Assembly: GCF_000186885.1 (NCBI RefSeq)
Contig: NC_014972.1
Coordinates: 1,770,001-1,802,000, forward strand
Length of the DNA: 32,000 nucleotides
Reading direction: 5' to 3'
DNA from: Desulfobulbus propionicus DSM 2032
GTDB taxonomy: Bacteria > Desulfobacterota > Desulfobulbia > Desulfobulbales > Desulfobulbaceae
This document shows positions 15,401 through 22,113 of the stretch, piece by piece; position 1 is the stretch's first letter; each line of letters opens with the position of its first letter. The notes beneath the pieces were generated by a model. The model did not search any database and was not told the DNA's origin. It worked only from the letters and a program-made list of their open reading frames with translations. Both the position numbers and the translations under genes were made by a program.

Positions 15401-18343
15401 GTATTCGACCAGGGCCAGGGTTAGTCCATCCACCGGCACCGGTTCGAGGGCGGGGTTCACCGCCAGCCAGCGGCAGGTGCGGGCCGCTCCCTTGGTTACA
15501 TACTCCAGCGGGTCGGGGCTGTGCACCCCGATCAGATAGGGCGCGGCGGACACCAGGGTTTCCTGTTCGGCGGCCACGCCCCGGCCGCCCTCGGCCTCGA
15601 AGACCCGGGCGGTCAGGCGGAGGCGATAGGTGGCCTGGGCAAAACGCTGCAGGTTGGGGGCTAGCATGGCCTCGCCGTCAGCCGAGGTCCTGGTCGCGGC
15701 CAGGGCTTCATCCACCCCCTCCTTGAACACCTCCTCGACATGGAAGCGGTACTGCGGGAAGGGCTTGAAGGCGGGCAGGGCCGGGGAAAGGCGCATGCGG
15801 GCCGTGACCCGGCGATCCGAGGCATCGGCGCCGAACAGGTGACGGGCCTTGACCAGGGGGGTGACCATGTCCGGCCGCAGCCAGCCGGCGGTGGGCGCTT
15901 CGGCCAATCGGAGCTCCACCTTCATCCGATCCGGCTCGAATTCGCGGACGGTGAAAGTAGCGCTGTTGATGAATGCGGCCCGGCGGTTGTTGTGCACCAG
16001 ATAAAGCGAAACCGTGTACTCGCCGCTGGGCGCGGCGCCGCTGCTGGCAAAATCGACCCCGTCAAAGCCGCTGGCCGTGCAGGCACGCCGCTGATTCCAG
16101 GCCACCAGCCCCTTGGGATCGGTGATTTCGATCTCCACCGGCATGCCCTCGATGGGCGTCTTCCAGTCCGCCGGCCGGAGGATGGCGCCGATGTGGACCG
16201 TTTCTCCCGGCCGGTAGAGGCCGCGATCGGTGAACAGGTTGGCGGTGATCTGCTCCGGGCTGTCTTCGTTGACCGCGCCACCGATGTCGAAACGGGAAAA
16301 ATCCACCTGGTGCTCGTCGCGGCCCAGGGGCAGGAAAGAGAGGTCGTTGCCCTGGGAGGCGACCACCATGATCGGCGTTTTCTCCCGCTTGAGCTCGTTC
16401 ATCTGCGCGAACCGGACATGGCCGCTTGGATCGGTGGATCCTTCGGCCACGGCCAGGCCGTTGCGGCCCACCACCTCGACCTTGGCGCCCGCCACCGGCA
16501 AGCCGCTGGCAATCGACTGGACAAAGACCTCCTGGCCGCCGTCCAGGGTGCGCTTGCTGATCAGGCCCAAGTCGGTCACCAGCAGGAAGCGGCGGTCGCC
16601 GTCTTCCCCATCGTGGACATAGTCGCTGTATTCGCGCTGGGGATGGCTGGGATCAAAGGGGGTCAGGCGGAGGACGAACACTCCGCGCCGGCCTCCTCCG
16701 TCACTGAGGTAGGCCCCGAGGTCGACCGCGTCGTACAGGGGCTTGGCCGGATCGATGGCGCCGAACTCGCGGGTGTAGGTCATCCGTTCCACCAGTCGGT
16801 CGAAATCGTCCGCATAGACCGAGGGGCGGGCAAACCGGTTGTCATTCTGATCCACGATTTGGTGCAGCTGGCCGGGGAGCAGACGGGCCACCTCCACCCG
16901 GACACCCGGCACGCCCTGGGCCATGAAACCGATCCGCCGTTCGCCGCGCAAACTCATCAGCGCTCCGTCGCCCAACAGTTTGAGCACCTTGGGGTACTCG
17001 CCGGTGAACAGGATCTGGGGTGTCGCTTCCTTGGACAGGTAGCCGCCGGCCGCCTCCACCCGTTCGTCGATCCTGACGAAGATCTGCCGCTTGACCGGGG
17101 CACGGAAGATGAAGCTGTGGTGGCTGTTGTGCGGTGCCGCGCTGGGCACCAGGGTCAGGGGCAGGGGATCCGTGAGGTCGGCTTCGCTGAAGCGTTCCAG
17201 CCGCCAGCCGTGGGCGTCCTTTCGCTCTGGCAGCAGCCAGGCATGTACATGGCGGGCGATGACCTCGTCGCTCACCGGAAAGGAGCTGTCCACCATCAGC
17301 ACCTGCTGGGGTTCGCCCTGGGGGCTGTTGACGTAGCGCACCTCCAGGTTGGAGAAGGTCAGCTGGTAGCGGCCGGGCACGGTCACCGCCTGCTCGATCG
17401 GCTGCGGGCTGCGGTTGCCGCCCTTGACCGTGGCGATGCCCTTGTCCAGGGTCAGGGTGATCGGAGTGGATTCCAGGGGCACGGCCAGCGGCGCCGAATG
17501 GATGTAGGCATGCAGCCCGGTCTTGTCCAGGGTCAGGGTCCAGGGCTCCTTGCGCGCGTCGCGAAAGGCGAGGCCCGCCCCCAGGGTGAGACGGATGGCG
17601 TCGCGCAGGCTGGGCGCGTCGACCGGATGGGAAAAATCCACCGTGGCCACCAGCTTCTTGAGCGAGCCGTCCTCCGGATCCTGGTACAGTTCCCCCGTCT
17701 TGACCGCCACCGCAAAGGGCGCGCTGCGGAAGGGCAGCTGGTAGGCCTTGAGCAGCACGCTCGGGGCGAGGAACTCCCGCTTGGCCAAGGAAAGGGTGAA
17801 GCCGCCATCCACCGGCCAGTCGGTATCGGGCCGGAATTCCAGGGTGCGGTCGTCGAGCCAGCGCCAGGTTCCGGCCAGGGCCGGTTCCAGCCGCACGCCA
17901 GAAGTCACCGTTTTGCCCACCAGGGCCAGCGGCGCGGCGGATTCGGCGAACCGGACACGCAGCGGCGCGACGGCTGCCGGGGCCTTGGCGTAGTCGGTGA
18001 GGGCCGGCGGTTCGATTTCCAGGTCAACGGTATGGGGCTGGGGGAGATGGCTGTACCAATGCCAGCCATGCCAGCCGCCGGCCGCCGCGGCCATCAGGGC
18101 CACCAACAGCGTTCCGGCCAGCAGCGGTCGCTTGCCAAGTCGGATGCATCGTGCGCCGATCCACAGCAGCCACGGCGGCGGCTGCCAGCCGATGCGGCCG
18201 AACAGGATGGCAAGAATTGTGCGCAGGCCGCGCAGGAGAACAACTAGGGGAGCGGGCAGAGGGGGGATCTTCATGGGCGCACCATGGGAGAAAAGGGGAA
18301 GGGAGGAGGCACTCGGTCGAGCGACGATTCCTGGGAAATGCAC
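12491..18343 (-). CDS. yfhM: Bacterial alpha-2-macroglobulin family protein (YfhM/ECAM type, thioester-containing)
   Basis: 1950-aa ORF. The thioester motif YPYSCTEQ has CTEQ encoded at 13909-13898 (E. coli YfhM has YPYGCLEQ). Length, MG-domain-like repeats and pairing with pbpC all fit. The start is uncertain: GTG 18343 has AAGGGA 6 nt upstream, and ATG 18274 is the alternative. The N-terminus has a hydrophobic anchor (LLAGTLLVALMAAAAGGW) but no lipobox Cys. Confidence 0.9.
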   Translation of the reverse strand: MHFPGIVARPSASSLPLFSHGAPMKIPPLPAPLVVLLRGLRTILAILFGRIGWQPPPWLLWIGARCIRLGKRPLLAGTLLVALMAAAAGGWHGWHWYSHLPQPHTVDLEIEPPALTDYAKAPAAVAPLRVRFAESAAPLALVGKTVTSGVRLEPALAGTWRWLDDRTLEFRPDTDWPVDGGFTLSLAKREFLAPSVLLKAYQLPFRSAPFAVAVKTGELYQDPEDGSLKKLVATVDFSHPVDAPSLRDAIRLTLGAGLAFRDARKEPWTLTLDKTGLHAYIHSAPLAVPLESTPITLTLDKGIATVKGGNRSPQPIEQAVTVPGRYQLTFSNLEVRYVNSPQGEPQQVLMVDSSFPVSDEVIARHVHAWLLPERKDAHGWRLERFSEADLTDPLPLTLVPSAAPHNSHHSFIFRAPVKRQIFVRIDERVEAAGGYLSKEATPQILFTGEYPKVLKLLGDGALMSLRGERRIGFMAQGVPGVRVEVARLLPGQLHQIVDQNDNRFARPSVYADDFDRLVERMTYTREFGAIDPAKPLYDAVDLGAYLSDGGGRRGVFVLRLTPFDPSHPQREYSDYVHDGEDGDRRFLLVTDLGLISKRTLDGGQEVFVQSIASGLPVAGAKVEVVGRNGLAVAEGSTDPSGHVRFAQMNELKREKTPIMVVASQGNDLSFLPLGRDEHQVDFSRFDIGGAVNEDSPEQITANLFTDRGLYRPGETVHIGAILRPADWKTPIEGMPVEIEITDPKGLVAWNQRRACTASGFDGVDFASSGAAPSGEYTVSLYLVHNNRRAAFINSATFTVREFEPDRMKVELRLAEAPTAGWLRPDMVTPLVKARHLFGADASDRRVTARMRLSPALPAFKPFPQYRFHVEEVFKEGVDEALAATRTSADGEAMLAPNLQRFAQATYRLRLTARVFEAEGGRGVAAEQETLVSAAPYLIGVHSPDPLEYVTKGAARTCRWLAVNPALEPVPVDGLTLALVEYRHVSVLVKQPSGTYKYESRRKEVLRHAAPIALAKEGTELALPTAEPGDFAYEIRDPKGTVLNRIGWTVAGAANLSRSLERNAELQIKLDKTSYAPGETIQISLRAPYTGAGLITIERDRVYAHRWFKAETSSSVQTITVPRDLEGNGYVNVQFVRDPNSSEVFMSPLSSGVAPFGVSLEARRLPLALSAPELIKPGQELTMRLTPGEASRAVVFAVDEGILQVARYKTPDPLGRFFQKRMLDVQTSQILSLILPEYSRLLAAAAPGGDGEEAIGSHLNPFKRKRQGPVAYWSGVVDVPATGRTFSYTVPEGFNGRLRIMAVAVTRERIGVAESGAEIRGPWVLTPNIPAFVAPGDQFTVSTGAFNNQRTVGRLDLRLETGPGLRVVGEPRQQIEAAPNREGVATFRLQATDTLGSAELVFVGDSPEGMTRISETLSVRPATPYRTALRAGLFTEAAFSLQPQRDLFAEHRTVHVGVEHSPLAWAQGLRTYLAQYPYSCTEQLLSRAMPPLVMATPEELARPGFKPLADAFALLRQRQNEAGGFGQWATNLEVQPEISVYAGDFLLEASERGAAVPRDLETQSRAYLERIAHGPVEGLEELRTKARAIYLLTRTGTVTSTALAAAMEQLERHHRDTWRADLTAAYLAASQALLKKDRDAKQLIAGVPWKTLAPSAEASFALFSDPLCHDAELLTLLARHFPDRLAALPPDLLPALGRELSADHYHSLSAALLIRAFDLYGQATVPTSGPFHIEAGLADGSSQPLPLMGRPPLAEIPVNWAKVIVRKENARLPAFYQLTEAGFDRNPPEAALRQGIEIRRDYLNGAGEPLTQVKVGEEFTVRLQLRATERDRLGEIAIVDLLPGGVEPVVSLAAEPMEEVIEGEENGGREDDAEPLSAGMVKLGWEPSFVDTRDDRVVLYAGLSRDVATFDYRVRATNAGTFRTPPPYAEGMYERGLQGRGEGGTLIIVEP

Positions 18344-18452
18344 GGATTCCCTTGGGACAGGTCCGCCCTTGTTCCTGCAGTGGCATCGCGTCTATTGAGT
18401 GCGGCCTGTTGAAAGCTTACCCAAAGCTGCGCTCAATGCAATCCCGGCGATG

Positions 18453-18947
18453 TCACCGTTGTCGTTTTTTGACCGTGGTGAACTCCGGCTCGTAGCCCAC
18501 GGTATATCGGTCCGCGGAGGTGTTGCCCAGGACAAGGAATTGGCCGGTGTCCCGGGTCAAGGGGCAGAGTGGCTCCGTGCAGGGGACGAAACCGAACGCG
18601 CGGAAAAACCGGGGGCAGCCAAGGGCAAAGATCGGTTGTCCCTTGATCCGTTCCTGGCGCAGGGCGAAGCGGAGCAGCTCCGAGCCGATGCCCTGGCCCT
18701 GCACTCGCGGCTGTACCGCCAGCGGTCCCAGATGCAGGCCGATCGCCTGTTGGCCGCGGTAGGCGCGGGTGAAGCCGATATAGGCGATGACCGCGTCGCG
18801 GTGCAGACAGACCCATTCAACCATCTGCCGCCCGTTGGCATGGAGGGCGTCAAACAGCCGCACCTCGTAGGTGCTGGGGGCAAAGGCATGGTGGAGCAGG
18901 GCGGCGGCCTTGGCCTGGGTGTCCGGAGCAAGGGGACGGATTTTCAT
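18453..18947 (-). CDS. GNAT family N-acetyltransferase (YhbS-like)
   Basis: The track ORF is 18453-18968. I prefer ATG 18947-18945 (MKIRPL...) with GAAGGTGG upstream. The acetyl-CoA motif context is LAVQPRVQGQGIGSELL, and the C-terminal FGF is typical of YhbS-like GNATs. Confidence 0.75.
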   Translation of the reverse strand: MKIRPLAPDTQAKAAALLHHAFAPSTYEVRLFDALHANGRQMVEWVCLHRDAVIAYIGFTRAYRGQQAIGLHLGPLAVQPRVQGQGIGSELLRFALRQERIKGQPIFALGCPRFFRAFGFVPCTEPLCPLTRDTGQFLVLGNTSADRYTVGYEPEFTTVKKRQR

Positions 18948-18992
18948 GGCAACCACCTTCAGCGGCAAAAGAGTGTACAGTCCCGGCGCCGG

Positions 18993-20477
18993 TTACCGGC
19001 GGCCGAGGATGCTGCCGAGGATGCCGCGCACGATCTGTCGGCCGACCTGACTGCCAATGGTTCGTACCGCCTGCTTGGCCAGGGTCTCGACCATGCCCTG
19101 GCGGCGCTTGCTGCCCCAGAGCAGTTCGTCGAGCACACCGCCTCCGGTTGCCGCCGGCTTTCCCGTTTCCGGCTGTCCTGCCGCCGTGTCGGCCGGTGTT
19201 CGTTCCAGGGTGCGCCGGTTGAGGATCTCGTAGGCTGACTCGCGATTGACCGGCGTGTCGTACTTGGCACCGAGTGGACTGCGGCCGCGCACCGTGGTCC
19301 GCTCTTCCGGGGTAATGGCGCCCATTCGGCAGCGCGGCGGGCAGATCAGGGCGCGTTCCACCGGCAGGGGCACGCCTTTTTCCTGGAGGGTGGACACCAA
19401 TGCCTCGCCCACCTCCATCTGGGCAATGGCCTGAGCCACGTCGAGTTCCGGATTAGCGGCAAAGGTTTCGGCGGCGGTTTTCACCGCCTTCTGATCGCGC
19501 GGGGTGTAGGCCCGCAACGCGTGCTGGATGCGGTTGCCCATTTGGCCAAGGATCTCGGCGGGCAGGTCGTCGGGAAATTGGGAACAGAAATAGACGCCCA
19601 CTCCCTTGGAGCGGATCAGCCGGACCACCTGTTCCACCCGCTGGCGCAGTACCGGCGGCGCGTCGGCAAACAACAGGTGGGCCTCGTCGAAGAAAAAGAC
19701 CAGCCGGGGCCGGTCGAGATCGCCCACCTCGGGCAGCTGTTCGAACAGCTCCGACAACAGCCAGAGGAGAACGCTTGCATAGAGGCGCGGTTTGAGGATC
19801 AACTGATCGGCCGAGAGGATGCTGATCACGCCCCGGCCGCCGAGGTCGGTGCGCAGCAGGTCGTTCAGGTCCAGGGCCGGCTCGCCGAAAAAGGCCGCGC
19901 CGCCTTCCCGTTCCAGCGACAGCAGGGCGCGCTGGATGGCGGCCACCGACTGGGTGCTCACCAGACCGTAGCGGGTTGAGATCTGCTGGCGGTTGTTGGC
20001 GGTGAAGGCCAGCAGGGCGCGCAGGTCGTCGAGGTCGAGCAGCAGCAAGCCCTGGTCGTCGGCCAGCCTGAACACGATCTCCAGCACCCCGGCCTGGGTG
20101 TCGCTCAACTCCAGGATGCGGGCCAGCAGGCTCGGACCGATTTCGCTGACCGTGGCGCGGACCGGATGGCCGGCAGCGCCGAACAGATCCCAGAACACCA
20201 CCGGACTGGCTTCGTTGGCATAGCCCTCGACCCCGATCCGGGCGGCGCGTTCCCGCAGTTTCTCGCTGGCCGTGCCCGGCATCGCCAAGCCGGCGACATC
20301 GCCCTTGACGTCGGCCATGAATACCGGCACGCCCATGCGGGAGAACCCCTCGGCCAAGACCAGCAGGGAGATGGTCTTGCCGGTGCCGGTGGCGCCGGCG
20401 ATCAGGCCGTGGCGGTTGCCGTAGCGGGCCAGCAGGTGGACGGGCCGGTTGCCCGCGCCGATCAATATTCGGTCCAT
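18993..20477 (-). CDS. yjgR: HerA-like P-loop ATPase, YjgR/DUF853 family
   Basis: 494 aa, with AAGGAG 7 nt upstream of ATG 20477. The N-terminus GNRHGLIAGATGTGKTISL..GVPVFMADVKGDV closely parallels E. coli YjgR as I recall it. Walker B is LVFFFDEAH. Confidence 0.85.
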   Translation of the reverse strand: MDRILIGAGNRPVHLLARYGNRHGLIAGATGTGKTISLLVLAEGFSRMGVPVFMADVKGDVAGLAMPGTASEKLRERAARIGVEGYANEASPVVFWDLFGAAGHPVRATVSEIGPSLLARILELSDTQAGVLEIVFRLADDQGLLLLDLDDLRALLAFTANNRQQISTRYGLVSTQSVAAIQRALLSLEREGGAAFFGEPALDLNDLLRTDLGGRGVISILSADQLILKPRLYASVLLWLLSELFEQLPEVGDLDRPRLVFFFDEAHLLFADAPPVLRQRVEQVVRLIRSKGVGVYFCSQFPDDLPAEILGQMGNRIQHALRAYTPRDQKAVKTAAETFAANPELDVAQAIAQMEVGEALVSTLQEKGVPLPVERALICPPRCRMGAITPEERTTVRGRSPLGAKYDTPVNRESAYEILNRRTLERTPADTAAGQPETGKPAATGGGVLDELLWGSKRRQGMVETLAKQAVRTIGSQVGRQIVRGILGSILGRR

Positions 20478-20523
20478 GATTTGCTCCTTTGGCTGGGGAC
20501 GAACCGAGCGTCCAACGGTTGTC

Positions 20524-20925
20524 TCAGGGCCGTGGTTTTGGGGGGAAAACCCACCAGGCCAGGGTCACGGCCAGGCCGAACAGGGAATAGGCCAGGATGA
20601 AGACCCAGTCCGGCCCCTGGTAATAAAGCAGACGCTGCAGCCAGTGGGCGAGCCAACCGCCGCCGTAAACATCCTCGCCCGCCCGAGACCGCAGCCACCT
20701 CTCCAAGGTGGTCAGCGGGCAGGCGGCGCCGAACCAGGCCTGGGCGGCGATGACCGTGATCGCCGCCAGGTGCGACAGCCGGAACCACAGGCCATTGACC
20801 CAGCGCCAGCCAAGCAGGTTGCCGCCAACGATCAGCGCCAGGCCGCCGACCACGAAAGCGGCGACCGCGACATGCAGCGCCAGCACCATGTCGGCCAGCA
20901 ACGGATAGGGCAGAAAAACGGGCAT
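20524..20925 (-). CDS. DUF2784 family membrane protein
   Basis: 133 aa with 4 hydrophobic segments. The conserved-looking core is ACPLTTLERWLRSRAGE..YGGGWLAHWL (the CPLT..LE..LR motif I associate with DUF2784). Confidence 0.7.
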   Translation of the reverse strand: MPVFLPYPLLADMVLALHVAVAAFVVGGLALIVGGNLLGWRWVNGLWFRLSHLAAITVIAAQAWFGAACPLTTLERWLRSRAGEDVYGGGWLAHWLQRLLYYQGPDWVFILAYSLFGLAVTLAWWVFPPKPRP

Positions 20926-20957
20926 GGCGAAAACCCCGGGCCGGCGTCGCGGGCCGC

Positions 20958-21377
20958 TTACTTCACCGGAAAATAGGCTTCCAGCCCGGGGTCGCTGGTG
21001 GCCTTTCCCGGCACATACACCTGGCAGGTGAGGCGGGGATAGTTATCCAGGTCGCTTGTCACCAGGCAGGTTTGTTCACACGCCGTTCCCCGGTCGGTAT
21101 AGCGGATGCGCACCACCGGTATCCGGTCCGCGGTGGCCTGTTCCACGTGGACGGTGCCAACGATTGTCCTGCCGTCGATGATGCGGTGGATGTTCAGGCC
21201 GGCGGGGGACCGGGCAATGACGGCGCTGCCGCCATGGGTGGCCGCGCTGTCGAGGTTTTTGCCGACCAGCTGGTAGCTGCCGACGATGAACCCGGCGAGA
21301 TCCTGATCCCGTCCCGCGGCCGAACCCGCCACTACCCAACCCAGAAGCAGTCCCAAGGCCGCCAGCCTGTTTCCCAT
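20958..21377 (-). CDS. Small secreted protein of unknown function (139 aa)
   Basis: The track ORF is 20958-21611, and its first 78 codons overlap the upstream CBS gene. ATG 21377-21375 is preceded by GGAGGA. The signal peptide is MGNRLAALGLLLGWVVAGSAA|GRD. GC3 is high throughout and the protein has 3 Cys. I recognise no family. Confidence 0.65.
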   Translation of the reverse strand: MGNRLAALGLLLGWVVAGSAAGRDQDLAGFIVGSYQLVGKNLDSAATHGGSAVIARSPAGLNIHRIIDGRTIVGTVHVEQATADRIPVVRIRYTDRGTACEQTCLVTSDLDNYPRLTCQVYVPGKATSDPGLEAYFPVK

Positions 21378-21439
21378 AGGTTTCCTCCGCGCGGTGGCCC
21401 TCCGAGCCCGCCCGAGGGCGCACCCGAGCTCCATCGCCC

Positions 21440-22099
21440 CTATTCCTTGGTTTCCCGTTCCTCGGTATGAAAACGGTTGATCTGCAATCCCGCGTCCCAC
21501 AGGCTGTCGATCAGCCTCTCCACGTTCTCGCCCTGGACCTTGAGGGTGACCAGTTGATGTTCCTCGGAAAAATCGGGAAAAACGGTGATGCCGAGGATGG
21601 TCATGTTGCATTTCTTGAACACCTGCATCATGGCGTAGAAGGCGGCGGGTTTGCGGTCGATCTTGAGTTCGATCCGCGCCCCCTGCTTCTTGGCGCCCAG
21701 CACCTCGAGGAAGGCGTCGAAGATGTTGGTTTCGGTGATGATCCCCACCAGGTGGTCGTCCTGCATTACCAGCAGCGAACCGAACTTGTGGGTGCGCATC
21801 AGCAGGGCCGCCTCCTCCAGCGGGGTGGAGGGGTCGACGGTGACCGGAGAGCGGGTCATGATCGATCCGGCCTCGATCCGGCTGGCCTGGTCCAGGTTTT
21901 CCGGGCTGACGCTCGGGTCGAAGATCGAGGGCATGGCCCGGTACAGGTCCTCGCGGCTGATGATGCCGACCAGTTTGCCGTCATCGACCACCGGCACCCG
22001 GCGGATGCGGTTGGCCCGCATCAGCTGCTCGACCTCGATGATCGGCTGCTTGCTGCTGACGGTGAGAAGGTTGCTGGTCATCCACAGTTTGACGAACAT
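21440..22099 (-). CDS. CBS-pair plus ACT-like domain protein (AcuB-like)
   Basis: The track ORF is 21440-22282. I start at ATG 22099-22097 (MFVKLWMTSNLLTV...), 14 nt after the fapA-like stop, with GGAGTG upstream. It has two CBS repeats (RRVPVVDDGKLVGIISREDL; GSLLVMQDDHLVGIITETNI) and a C-terminal ACT-like fold (ARIELKIDRKP...VTLKVQGENVERL). Confidence 0.8.
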   Translation of the reverse strand: MFVKLWMTSNLLTVSSKQPIIEVEQLMRANRIRRVPVVDDGKLVGIISREDLYRAMPSIFDPSVSPENLDQASRIEAGSIMTRSPVTVDPSTPLEEAALLMRTHKFGSLLVMQDDHLVGIITETNIFDAFLEVLGAKKQGARIELKIDRKPAAFYAMMQVFKKCNMTILGITVFPDFSEEHQLVTLKVQGENVERLIDSLWDAGLQINRFHTEERETKE

Positions 22100-22113
22100 A
22101 GAGCACTCCGCAA

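Noticed and set aside
15740-18247. 835-aa plus-strand ORF opposite the alpha-2-macroglobulin gene
   Set aside because: This is a shadow ORF with low-complexity composition, and the minus-strand frame is continuous for 1950 codons with the thioester motif. The many other ORFs nested in 12508-18398 are rejected for the same reason.
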